A stretch of DNA of 63,516 nucleotides, filler included, from Globobulimina sp. (Eukaryota), in NCBI GenBank assembly GCA_003354225.1. It is 43 parts of 43 records of this genome, joined end to end, with 100 filler letters (N's around TTAATTAATTAA, not from the genome) between each part and the next. Parts side by side here need not be neighbours in the genome. Positions count along the whole stretch, not along the records: positions 11,845 to 13,224 come from PIVH01017620.1; positions 13,325 to 14,704 come from PIVH01017621.1; positions 14,805 to 16,184 come from PIVH01017622.1; positions 16,285 to 17,664 come from PIVH01017623.1; positions 17,765 to 19,144 come from PIVH01017624.1; positions 19,245 to 20,624 come from PIVH01017625.1; positions 20,725 to 22,104 come from PIVH01017626.1; positions 22,205 to 23,584 come from PIVH01017627.1; 35 more parts are not named here. One strand, 5' to 3'. Below the pieces are notes generated by a model. It ran no database searches, was not told the DNA's origin, and worked only from the letters and a program-made list of their open reading frames with translations. Below, one piece after another: positions 12,565 through 23,584 of this stretch (within the stretch, counting starts at the first letter, position 1; each line of letters opens with the position of its first letter). Both the position numbers and the translations under genes were made by a program.

Positions 12565-12699
12565 TTGAAAGATTTTCTTATCATGATAATTGTAAATATG
12601 ATGATTGGTTGTAGATAATAAATGATATAAATTGAAATTTCGAACTTTCCATTTCATTTACTGCAAAATCCTTAAATTGACTTGTTGTTCCCATCCACT

Positions 12700-13053
12700 A
12701 TGAAAAATATAAATGGTTATTCTATCGCTGCTCGTCTCTGCGAGTATTCTACTCTAGCTGGAACTGGCTTGTCATTTCCAACTTTGTGCAAGGTCTTCGG
12801 ACCAATGTTTTGGGAGAAGCTCTCTACATTGGAGAAACATTACTTCAAAAGAGTTGCCATTCAGTACAAGCTAACGGCTGTAGGTACTGCTGAAAGAACT
12901 GGTACACTGCCAACCAGGGAAGATTATTTGGATGCTATTTTTGGTGAAAGAACACATGAACGCGATCAAGTGTTGGATGAACTTGAAACTGTAGTCATTA
13001 AACTTTATGATATGACATTTGCACAAATTCAATCTGTAATCGATAATTTGTAA
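12700..13053 (+). CDS. Small divergent HMG-box-like protein
   Basis: NGYSIAAR...LCKVFGPMFWEKLSTLEKHYFKRVAIQYK matches HMG-box spacing (NxF..., G..W..LS..EK..Y...A...K). Confidence 0.55.
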   Translation: MKNINGYSIAARLCEYSTLAGTGLSFPTLCKVFGPMFWEKLSTLEKHYFKRVAIQYKLTAVGTAERTGTLPTREDYLDAIFGERTHERDQVLDELETVVIKLYDMTFAQIQSVIDNL

Positions 13054-13482
13054 AAAGTTTGATTTAATTAAACATGTTAAAGTACTTGTAGTGAGTAATA
13101 AATAAAATTTATGTGTAAAATTTCTTGCATTACACTAGCGTTTATAACAGATTGCAAGACTTTAGTTTTTTACAAATGACGAATTACTCTTGAAATGTCC
13201 TTCTGTGTGTGAGTGTATGTGTGTNNNNNNNNNNNNNNNNNNNNNNNNNNNNNNNNNNNNNNNNNNNNTTAATTAATTAANNNNNNNNNNNNNNNNNNNN
13301 NNNNNNNNNNNNNNNNNNNNNNNNCTTGTGTTAGGTCTTGCATTATGATGTCTGGATGTGGTGGTTGTTCATTCATATTGTTTGTTTGGGAATTATTATT
13401 GTTGATTTGAAGGTCGTTGAGTGAGTTATATTCATCAATCTCCATTTTTTCACTAAGCTGGCTGTGATAGTGGTTGGTGTGG

Positions 13483-14703
13483 TTAGTGTTGTTTTCGATA
13501 TTTAGGTTTGGATGATTTTGATGGTATTTTTTTATTTTGTCTAAATGTGTGGTTTAATGGTTTGCTGATGAGGTTGATTTGTATACCTAGTTTTGTGGTG
13601 ATAATTTGTTCAAGGAATTTGATAAATTGGTCTCGCTCTTTTTCAGTTTTCCAGTGTTTTTTTGGGAGCATAATGCCATCAAAGCATAGTACTGCAATTT
13701 GTTTATTTTTCTGAGTTTTGAAAGTTGCATTGACTGCTTGGATTATTATTTGTAGTATGTGAGCTTCGATTCTTGTTAATAGGAGTGATAAAAATGCTCC
13801 TTCTGGTTGAGTATATTTTTTATGAGGGTTTTTTGGTTTATTTTGTGAGTATTTCCATGGTGCAGGGTAATATTTTTTTAATTTTTTGAAGATTTCTGGC
13901 ATTTCGTTTTTGTAGTTTTTTAAGTGTTGAGTGTGGAATTTGAGTTGTTTATATTGTCTGGTTCCTCCATTTGTGATGGAGTTATAAAGTTGTTTAAGAA
14001 TTGCTCTTGATTGTGGTGTAGGTTGCTGTTGACTAAGGTTTGATAAGATATTGTCACGATTATTTATGTATTCTTGAAGTGCTTTACAAGGGATATTATT
14101 TATTCGGCATATATGTTCTAATATTACTGGGTGGCAATTTACTATGTCAATGTCATAATATAAGTTGTCTGCGATTGTACCTCGTATTTTTTTTGAGAAA
14201 TTTTGAAGGCCAAGAGTGTTAGTTTTTTGTGTAAGTTTATTTTTTGTTGGTTGTTTGAATAGCCTTTCTTTTTTACATTTATCTCGTCTGCTATGTTTGT
14301 ATTTTGTTGGTATTCTGTGATGTATATCTGCACTTTCATGGTATGTGAGTAACTGTTTTTTGAGGATTTTTATTTGTTTGGGAGTTTTGTCAAGAATTTG
14401 GCTTAAAGCCTGATTCGGGATTTGGTGTATTTGTAGGAGGTTTTTTGTGTTATATATTTCAAGAAATTCTGTATATTGTTTGTAATGTTTGGTTCCATTT
14501 ATTGTGGGATTAATTAAGTGTTTTAGGTATTTTTTTGTGGGTTTTTTTGCTATATGGATTGTGGGTAGGTTTGTTTTTTGTTGTATTGGTGGAGTTGGTT
14601 TATATGTATATTCTGTATCGTTTATCGTGTCTGTTATTGGGCTATAATCTGGGATCCATTTTGTTTTGAGTTTTTTAAATTCCTGAAAGAAAGGGAGGTG
14701 AGA
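13483..14703 (-). CDS. TV-Pol family (PolA-like) viral/transposon polymerase domain, 5' truncated
   Basis: Manual translation is open from the contig end: LQNFSKKIRGTI, YYDIDIVNCHPVIL (motif A), KQLYNSITNGG (motif B), LSLLLTRIEAHIL, VLCFDGIM (motif C). The ORF track begins only at the first Met (13902). Confidence 0.8.
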   Translation of the reverse strand, partial: SHLPFFQEFKKLKTKWIPDYSPITDTINDTEYTYKPTPPIQQKTNLPTIHIAKKPTKKYLKHLINPTINGTKHYKQYTEFLEIYNTKNLLQIHQIPNQALSQILDKTPKQIKILKKQLLTYHESADIHHRIPTKYKHSRRDKCKKERLFKQPTKNKLTQKTNTLGLQNFSKKIRGTIADNLYYDIDIVNCHPVILEHICRINNIPCKALQEYINNRDNILSNLSQQQPTPQSRAILKQLYNSITNGGTRQYKQLKFHTQHLKNYKNEMPEIFKKLKKYYPAPWKYSQNKPKNPHKKYTQPEGAFLSLLLTRIEAHILQIIIQAVNATFKTQKNKQIAVLCFDGIMLPKKHWKTEKERDQFIKFLEQIITTKLGIQINLISKPLNHTFRQNKKIPSKSSKPKYRKQH

Positions 14704-15049
14704 ANNNNNNNNNNNNNNNNNNNNNNNNNNNNNNNNNNNNNNNNNNNNTTAATTAATTAANNNNNNNNNNNNNNNNNNNNNNNNNNNNNNNNNNNNNNNN
14801 NNNNTAGCATATTACATTGCTGGGTGCAACTCCTAGGCAAGAGAGAGTATCCTTATTTTTTTCATTTTATCAAATGTATCCATAATAATATAATAAATAT
14901 TTTGCTTGCGAGTTATATCAGAGATTGATCTGGATCTGACACGAAATTAATCAGAGATTGAGTCAGTCGAAGCTCTTTCACCAACTCTCGCTTGGGACGA
15001 AACTCTAAAAACATGCTGGAAACTCTCGCTGTAGACAGACAGCCTTAAC

Positions 15050-16039
15050 ATGACTGAGCCAGTACCAAAAACCTTAGGAACCATGTCAACCACACAAAAC
15101 AACCATAAATCCACTGCACCTGCAGCCACCACCGGTGATCCTGACCCTGCAGGTGATTTAACTGATTTTAAGAAAACTGCAGAACCATCCGAGACCGACA
15201 TATTATACAAATATCAACAAGCACACGAACGTCGATTAAAAAATGGGCAAAATAACCAACACAAACCCACCAAACGGCAATATGGCGAACGCAGAGACAG
15301 TATGAGTGGCAGCCACAATCCTTCCTGTTTAAAAGAGTCCTTTTACATTTTATTCACATGGCTTTGTTATTTTATCCATATCACTATTTTTGTAGTACCC
15401 AATGGGTGGTGGAATGGCAAAATCACTGTAAAAGAGTTCTATGCCGATTATGGAATCGATATTGCGCCGGCAAACTGGAACATGGTTCAATTAATGTGCA
15501 TATTGCTGTGGCAGGGCATATTATTGACGTATTTATCATTAATCATTGCGGAACATACCATAAAAATATTTGACAAACGCTTCTATTTTGCCTCTGGTTT
15601 GTCCCATATTGGTGTAGGAATTTGGGACATTTCTACAGAGCATAAGTCATATTTAGGCAGAACTTTGTCATGGTTAGCAACTGCAGTGTGTTTGGTATAT
15701 GCGAATTATATATTATTGAAACATATTTATTGCATCTACGATGTCACAAAGTATGCATTAGCGCCCTTTAGATTAGACTCTATGCCTTCTGAGCATAACG
15801 ATAATGTACAAAACATTGATATCCTTAATACGAGTGATCAGAAGCAAAAATCGGATGAGATTGCCCCTTTGAGTAATAATGAGAGCAGAACTGCGCGATC
15901 GCGTAATATGAATGCTATACTACGCATACAGTCCGGCCAATCGATGAACAATTCGCCGAATTCCATGTCTATGGCCCGTATGTCTCTTATCCTTGCACTT
16001 AGATATCGATATTATGCGCCTTTTGTTTTTCCGCTCTGA
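15050..16039 (+). CDS. Multi-pass membrane protein, unknown function (probably spliced near the 3' end)
   Basis: Long ORF with ~4-5 hydrophobic segments after a disordered N-terminus. Confidence 0.55.
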   Translation: MTEPVPKTLGTMSTTQNNHKSTAPAATTGDPDPAGDLTDFKKTAEPSETDILYKYQQAHERRLKNGQNNQHKPTKRQYGERRDSMSGSHNPSCLKESFYILFTWLCYFIHITIFVVPNGWWNGKITVKEFYADYGIDIAPANWNMVQLMCILLWQGILLTYLSLIIAEHTIKIFDKRFYFASGLSHIGVGIWDISTEHKSYLGRTLSWLATAVCLVYANYILLKHIYCIYDVTKYALAPFRLDSMPSEHNDNVQNIDILNTSDQKQKSDEIAPLSNNESRTARSRNMNAILRIQSGQSMNNSPNSMSMARMSLILALRYRYYAPFVFPL

Positions 16040-16286
16040 GAAATGGTTTTTTTTTTTGAGTCAAAACTTAACGTCGCAGTCATACAGATATTGCATGCAA
16101 ATGTATACAAACTGCACAGTGTTGCAATATCTGGGTAGCACTATATGTAAATATATAGCATCGGCAGCACAAAAGCTTGTGTATNNNNNNNNNNNNNNNN
16201 NNNNNNNNNNNNNNNNNNNNNNNNNNNNTTAATTAATTAANNNNNNNNNNNNNNNNNNNNNNNNNNNNNNNNNNNNNNNNNNNNTT

Positions 16287-16844
16287 GTGATTATTGGCTA
16301 CATCCATAACATCCAACTAATTGTAAACAATAGATTTGAATTTGAATTGTTTGGAGTGATCAATATTCCGCAATGTGTAATTGATATTATTTATACCTAT
16401 TATTCGTTTTATCCAATCTATAATATCATCAATAAAATACAAATATGCACGAATAAGATCTGTGATTTGGAGAACAGGGAACTTCCGCCAAAGGGCCAGA
16501 AATTGGTCCGTGATCACAGGGATTTAATGGCGGAGTGTGGCCAATGCATGAAATGGATCGGCATTGTTGGCGATGAGATTGATGAAATAATTGCAAATAA
16601 TTTGCCCACGCCGTCCTTGTCTGATTCAGAAATTGAAGAATTAGCACATGCGTACACGCGGAGATTAATCGACGACCATCAAACTGTTGATTGTCAAGCT
16701 ACAAATATGCAATATCTGATGGATGATTATTGTGGAAATATTAATGAGTTACAAAAAAATAAATTGTTTGATGATGCATTCATTAAAAACTGGTGTTTTT
16801 ACTGTTTAATATTGTTTGCATTTGCTGTCATTTTGAGTGTTTAG
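16287..16844 (+). CDS. Hypothetical protein with C-terminal hydrophobic anchor, partial
   Basis: 185-aa ORF; IPQCVIDIIYTYY segment; hydrophobic tail. Confidence 0.45.
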   Translation: MIIGYIHNIQLIVNNRFEFELFGVINIPQCVIDIIYTYYSFYPIYNIINKIQICTNKICDLENRELPPKGQKLVRDHRDLMAECGQCMKWIGIVGDEIDEIIANNLPTPSLSDSEIEELAHAYTRRLIDDHQTVDCQATNMQYLMDDYCGNINELQKNKLFDDAFIKNWCFYCLILFAFAVILSV

Positions 16845-17451
16845 TTGACTTATTTCTATGTGTTTCTATCGATACATAATATATCCGATTGTTTCGGATT
16901 AATTTCTTTTCTGCTCTCAATTACCAATACAGTTGCGGAACTATTATAATTTGCTTTGAAATGTTGGATTAAAAGTTAACGTTTCAAAAACCGTTAGTTA
17001 GACATAGTCAATTTATCACAAAAACAAGTTCGTCATGTACTTGTGGAAGCATTTGGTGATAGTAATCTAGAAATGATATTTTTGGATAAATATGTAACAA
17101 ATATATGTTGAATGGCATGTACCATTGCAATGGACAGATCGAGACGATTATTGTTAAAACAACAAATAGCAACTGGAAATTGTACAATATGTTCCAATGC
17201 AAATCAACAAAATAATATTTGTTGCGTGGATATCTTGTGTGCTGCTCATTGTTTATAGAGCCATTTAAATGCATTTGAAAGATTATGTGCCGGCAATTCA
17301 ATTGTTTTAAAAGCGATGCAAATATGTGTTAACACAATAAAATCAGCACCACATAATAACCAATATTAAAGTGCTCGCTTTCTATGTCAAGCTTAGTAAT
17401 TAAGTGCAAGGATATAATAATTATTACAGATTAAAATTAAAAAAAAGAAAA

Positions 17452-17664
17452 TCATATGTATGGAGTTGGCTCATTTGAAGCAATTCCTTCATTCATTTGT
17501 GGTTGATTTTGGATAAGTTTTTGAATTGCTTTATAGACAGCATTCCTTGCACTGATTTTTTTAATTCCCATTGATTGAATATGATAAAATTCAATTTCTG
17601 CTAAGTCTTTGCCAGTATATTGAGACTCAAATATTTCTTTTTTAATACTTTCTTGATACGGCTT
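17452..17664 (-). CDS. C-terminal end of a protein with a SAM-like domain
   Basis: Manual translation ...YTGKDLAEIEFYHIQSMGIKKISARNAVYKAIQKLI...PTPYI*. Confidence 0.5.
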   Translation of the reverse strand, partial: KPYQESIKKEIFESQYTGKDLAEIEFYHIQSMGIKKISARNAVYKAIQKLIQNQPQMNEGIASNEPTPYI

Positions 17665-17764
17665 NNNNNNNNNNNNNNNNNNNNNNNNNNNNNNNNNNNN
17701 NNNNNNNNTTAATTAATTAANNNNNNNNNNNNNNNNNNNNNNNNNNNNNNNNNNNNNNNNNNNN

Positions 17765-18298
17765 CGGTACATTGCTTGGTGTTGTTGTTGGTATATTCGT
17801 TGTTGGTGCTCGTGTGGTGGGTTCGCTTGTTGTTGGAAATATAGTAGTTGGCGTATTTGTGGTTGGTGATGTTGTGGTAGGGGATGGAGTACAGGTTACA
17901 TCCAATTTATATGCACCTGGCGCGGTATATCCATAAACCTCAATATAATAAAAACCTTGATCCAAAGTTATATTCCATGTTTCTTGCAATGAATTTGGTG
18001 GGCAATGACTGCATCCACCATCATCTAGATATGCATCACATTCATCTTGCATGATTTGAGTGGTGTAATCATAGAGCGTTAATTTTGTATTAAAATCATT
18101 TGGAGATGCACATAATGAAAATGTCACGTCTGATTTCGGAGATATCCATGTTCTGAACACATCTGTTTCATACCATGTTGAAAAATTATACGAGACAGAC
18201 TGCCCACAATCAACGTCGACTCCTGGAACGATATCCAATACGGATTTTGCAAGATAGCATTGGCATAACAGAACAACGAATTTGGAGATAGCAACCAT
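17765..18298 (-). CDS. Secreted/surface protein with a beta-sandwich (PPC-like) domain and Pro/Thr mucin-like stalk
   Basis: Signal peptide; DFNTKLTLYD, GFYYIEVYGY..GAYKLDVTC; PTT repeats. Confidence 0.7.
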
Positions 18299-18341
18299 GC
18301 TCGACGAGTTACAGTGAGTAAGTTAATGTTACTTATATACG

Positions 18342-19144
18342 ATGGCATTGCGTCGTTTAAATAAAGAATTGAGAGAGATAACAAGCGACCCTCCAAACTA
18401 TATAACTCTTGCACCAGAAGGTGACGATTTGTTCAAATGGAAAGCTACAATCATAGGACCACAGAAATCACCATATGAGGATGCACTATTTTTTTTGGAC
18501 ATAAAAATTCCACCGGATTATCCGTTTAAACCTCCTAAAATTACATTTGAAACGAAAATATATCACTGCAATGTGAATGACCAAGGAACCATATCCTTGG
18601 ATATATTGCGAGATAACTGGTCACCATCACAGACTCTCAGAAAATTGTTATTAGGAATCCGTGCTTTATTAGAGTTCCCCAATCCCGATGATCCAATGAA
18701 ACCAGACATTGCCAAATTATATAAGACCAATCCAAAACAGCATGATAAAATTGCAAATGAATGGGCAGCTAAGTACGCAGGCGGTGTGCTACAATCTCGT
18801 TTATCATATCCAGTGTATATGATGTTGAATGGATGTTTACTGGATATATTTGGTGGAGCTTCACTTTTAGTGGAACGCATTGTGATCGATTATGGCTTTT
18901 ACTCATATGTAAATTCAACAAAATTGAAGAAATGGAGGGGACATACAGTGTTAAAACAAAATGAATTACAAAGAATTGATGATTGTATGCGATATCATGA
19001 TAATAAACATGATTTTTTTATGATATTTATCCGAGCGTTGGATACTAAAACCATGAAATTAAATGTTTTAGAAGCAATGACAATATCTGATGTAAAATGG
19101 TTAATCGAAAGACATTCAGACATACATTATTTTGATCAAAGATT
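18342..19144 (+). CDS. Ubc4/5-like E2 domain (catalytic Cys replaced by Ser) fused to a ubiquitin-like domain, 3' truncated
   Basis: MALRRLNKEL, PPDYPFKPPKI, HCNVNDQGTISLDIL; C-terminal MIFIRALDTKTMKLNV...TISDVKWLI...QR. Confidence 0.88.
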
Positions 19145-20527
19145 NNNNNNNNNNNNNNNNNNNNNNNNNNNNNNNNNNNNNNNNNNNNTTAATTAATTAA
19201 NNNNNNNNNNNNNNNNNNNNNNNNNNNNNNNNNNNNNNNNNNNNTAATATTCTATGCTCAAAAAATAAGAAAGTTAAATGTAGTTTAAATTCGAATTTTA
19301 GAAAACGGCTTACAGAATCGAATTTTAGCAAAAACACAAAAAAGGCTCTCTGCTTTAGCAAAGAAAGTAACCATCTATTTGTCGCCTTGCGACAAAAAAA
19401 TGTAAATAGCTAAAGCAAACTGTTTAATGCTAGCTGTATGTATATAGGCCAAGGAATCCGACGTCATAGCAAGGGAAAAAATTCCCTTCGGGCATATAAA
19501 AAGGTAGACATGTAGGCTTTGATTCTGATGGTGTAAATCTTATAACCTGTATTTCGAGAGTGAGGCAGCGCGCGTGCAAACATCCAAATGGTAGTTGTCC
19601 ATTGTGATTGTGCAAACATGGAAACTGTTGCTGTGCACTGTAGTTGTGTTAACGATTAAATGGTTGTTGTGTATTGTGATTGTGTAATATTACAAATAAT
19701 TATTATACATGATGATTTCGCAGACGCAAAATACAAAACGATGCGATACATAACATACGTAAAAACTAAAATACATGTGGACATGTATTTTGGTGAGATT
19801 TTTACATGAGATATGACACTTGTGTTGTCCTGTGAACCGCAAAACCCAGCATCCCATTCATTAAGGGGAAATGATTTTGAAATTTTTGCGAAGTCAAAAA
19901 TCCAGGCCCGGCCCATGGGCCGGGCCAGCCCGGGCACGCCTCTAGGGATCACCCCCCAAATAGGCAAATCCGCTCAAGAATTAGTCCAACTCAACGTCCG
20001 AACCACCCCCTCTTGCCGCACAGCAAAAATTTTCGGAAAATGAGGATTTTTCGACAAAATTTCTCTAAATAATCATATAAATTGCTTTATTTTCGATCAA
20101 GAATGGCTCTACGATTCCAAATGCTTAAATGGACTTAAAACCGCACTTAGGCAAAAACGCAAATTTTCGCTGGGATGTGGTGGGGGTCGAGCGATTTTCG
20201 ATAAATAGAGCCCCATAGCATTTTCGACAAGGTAAGGTAGGAAAGCTTAGGCCTTAGTTCGTACACGAATTGGGGAAAATGGAATGGGGGGTACCGGAAT
20301 GGGGGAAAACAGCCGCAAGCGGTCGAGTGATAGGTCGGAGGCACCAAACCCTCATACCACACCTACGCTTCTTTTATAATAAAAGTTAATAGCCTGCCTA
20401 TTCGCCAGCGAGCCCAAACGAGCTTTGAGCTTGATATAATGCCACAGAACTACAAAAAAATTCAGAAACTGTTGCATTTTGGTATTCATTTTTTACTAAA
20501 TATTACATTTGGTCCGTGCTGCTGCCG

Positions 20528-20624
20528 CAGTGCATTGTGATTTTGTATACATAGACTCGATTGTAGTTCATTGTGATTGTGTATACGTATTATTGGTTGT
20601 AGTGCATTGTGATTGTGTATACGT
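20528..20624. repeat. Short tandem repeat (~35-bp unit containing CATTGTGATTGTGTATAC)
   Basis: Three near-identical units at the contig end; the same core also occurs at ~19600 and ~19674. Confidence 0.7.
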
Positions 20625-20724
20625 NNNNNNNNNNNNNNNNNNNNNNNNNNNNNNNNNNNNNNNNNNNNTTAATTAATTAANNNNNNNNNNNNNNNNNNNN
20701 NNNNNNNNNNNNNNNNNNNNNNNN

Positions 20725-21060
20725 AGGGCGGCGAAGAGGTAGGGGATGGCGTTGGGCAGCCGGATTTTCAGGAAAATCTGACGCTGGTTAAGCAACTGGT
20801 GCAGGCCGATGAAAAAACGTATGTCTGGCAAGACTTGCAGGACGGCTATAAAGGCGTATTAATTGGCCAAAATGACCGTGGATTGAAGCAACACTGGCTG
20901 CTGGTTCATTCAGCGCAGGCCGAAAAACGGGAAAGCATCACGCTGGAAAAACGCATTGATAAAGCCCTGAAGAAAGCTGAAAAATCAGCCGCCCAACTCT
21001 CTAGGCAAGCATTTGGCTGTGAGCAGGATGCCTTACGAACAGCCAAAACATTTGAAAACT
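20725..21060 (+). mobile_element. IS1634-family transposase fragment (bacterial)
   Basis: KQHWLLVHSAQAEKRESITLEKRI...AFGCEQDA; abrupt change to AT-rich eukaryotic DNA after ~21060. Confidence 0.8.
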
Positions 21061-21226
21061 CTGCCAAAACGTGTATTTCCAAAACGTGCTATGCACATAA
21101 GAAAAAATATAAAACTATTACGTAATAAAAATACTGTGATATTACAAAAAAAAATGTATATTCCATCCTCGCACACAAGACAGAAAAATCCAGAAACACA
21201 CAAAAAAAATACTGAATAACACTGAA

Positions 21227-22028
21227 TTAAATTTCAACACTAACATTTCCATCATTATTATTTATTTGACCGCAAACAATTTCTTCCTTCGAATTCGGTT
21301 TAGAACATCGACCGCATGTCACCTTATTAATAACTTTTTGCCAATCAATTTCTTCCCCATTATTTCCAGCTGCATTCATAGCGGATATCCATGGAATATC
21401 TTTTCGAGTGTGTTTGAATATTAATATTAAAAGCCACCATCCAATGATAGCTACACCAATATCAACAGCTCGATTTCCAATGGTTTCGCTTTCACCAAAT
21501 CCAAATGTTAACGACTCCATAATCTCCCATCCAACGATAACAAAAAGCATCCACGTCAATGGCAACACGAGTGCTGTAGCGCAGTTATTATAAATATAAA
21601 TATAAATATAAATATACCGAAAAATATAAATATATTAAAATATAAATATACCGAAAAAAGGACCGGCCATAAAATGAATAATGGTCCAAATTCCAAATAA
21701 TTCATTGTCATCATTAAATTGCATATATTTGCCAAGTACTAATTGTTGGATCATTAAAAATAAAGCACTTCCAAGAAAGAGTATGAATGCAATCAGGGAG
21801 ACCCACCACGGATATGTTTTGATTAAATACGGGCCGTATAATAAAATTAAAAATACTGTATTTATCATAAATAATGCTAAAATAAATCCTGATCCAAATG
21901 TAATTCGTGCTGTGTCAAACATAGGCTCGCTCCAAAGGAAGCAAAAACTTAGCATCAATGCTGAAAGCATGACGATTAATGCGGTTCGAAACGCAAATAT
22001 CCACCACGAAACTCCAACTTTCCATTCT
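21227..22028 (-). CDS. Multi-pass membrane protein with H..G / WE..E..D motifs, spliced
   Basis: WTIIHFMAGPFFG | intron ~21591-21650 | GWEIMES...ETIGNRAVDI. Confidence 0.6.
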
Positions 22029-22280
22029 GTTTAGTATAATATGTATACAATGAATATTTACGCACATAAAATAATGAGCTGTGATTAAGTAATTTAAGTT
22101 GCGTNNNNNNNNNNNNNNNNNNNNNNNNNNNNNNNNNNNNNNNNNNNNTTAATTAATTAANNNNNNNNNNNNNNNNNNNNNNNNNNNNNNNNNNNNNNNN
22201 NNNNAACATACATTTCCTTAACATTTCCACTCCTTAAAATTACCATACAATCAAATTATAATTAACAATTATTAATAACA

Positions 22281-23584
22281 ATGAGCAACAATAATAACGA
22301 CAACAACGACGTACCGGCCGCGGTAAGTCCCAATAAATCTCGTAACCGTGCACGTAGACAACGACGTTCTAGGGCTAAACAACAAGCGCGTGCAGACCAA
22401 GAGCAGGAACACCAAAATCAACCCCAACAACAACAACAACAACGTTCACCAAACATTCGTGGGAGAGGATCTCCCAACAATCGCGCAAATTATGTATCAC
22501 ACAGAGAAAGAGGAAGAGGAAGAGCCAGAGCCAGAGGCAGGGGCCGAGGCTTTGGATCATTTGATCGTGGCCGTGGCCGTGGTCGTGGAAGAGGTGTCCG
22601 AGGCCGTGGCCGCAGTGGTTATAGAGGTAGAGGTCGAGGCAGAGGTCGTGGCCGTAGTAGTTATAGAGGCAGAGGTCGAGGTCGCTCCAATAACCAAAAA
22701 GAACCAAGCAAAGAGGCCGAAGTATTAAAATTGACAGACGAAGGCAAAGAAGATGTAAAAATTGATTTGGATGTCGAACACGAAGAGAAAACATCACATT
22801 TAAATACCCAACAATTACAGACCTTATTTTTAGGTGAAAATAAGATTAATGATCATATCCAAGCATTGCATAACAACCGCGATAAATATTTGCAACAATT
22901 ACGCTTGTTTATAAAATATGGCGTCATTACAAAAGTGTCCACCTCTACCAAAGCAAAGATATTATGTGCATTGCTGATACGTAATGAGCGGAGTACGGTG
23001 GAATGGTTAATGTCACACCAACGCTATTATTCTGTTGGCGAAATTGCGAAATGTATACAGTGTCTGGATGCGCCTAGAAAAGGTATACATTTTTTGTATA
23101 TTTCTTTCGCAAAATCGCAAATATACATTTTGTTGGTTGTGTTTTTATAGCAAGGCAATATCGTCGCAAATTGGATAAATTGGTAGCGATGAAAAAGAAA
23201 AATGAGAAAGCGGTCAAAGATAAAACTATCAGTTCTTTAAGAACGAAAATACATAATTTGGAAATTGGTTTGTTTTGAAATGTATTTTTTTTTACTTTTT
23301 GATGTATATTTTGTTATTTGTGATAGATCCACATTGCGGTTCATTTAATGGATCGAAATGCAGATTGTTTAAGAAATGGATAGAATCGGTGCCGAAGGAC
23401 AGATTAGAATTTTTTTTATTGAATTTTGGCACTGCAAATTGGAAATTAATATGTGATTTGATTCACCCATCACCAAAGAAACACTTTCAATGTATAAATA
23501 TCTCAAACATTTATTTTTTGCATAAAGATACACAAATTAATAATATATTGACAAACAGGTAAATATTTCCAGAATCCAGTATTT
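22281..23584 (+). CDS. RG/RGG-repeat protein with a downstream helical (possibly TROVE-like) domain, several introns
   Basis: Extensive RGRG repeats; exons continue to LEFFLLNFGTANWKLICDLIHPSPKKHF. Confidence 0.65.
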
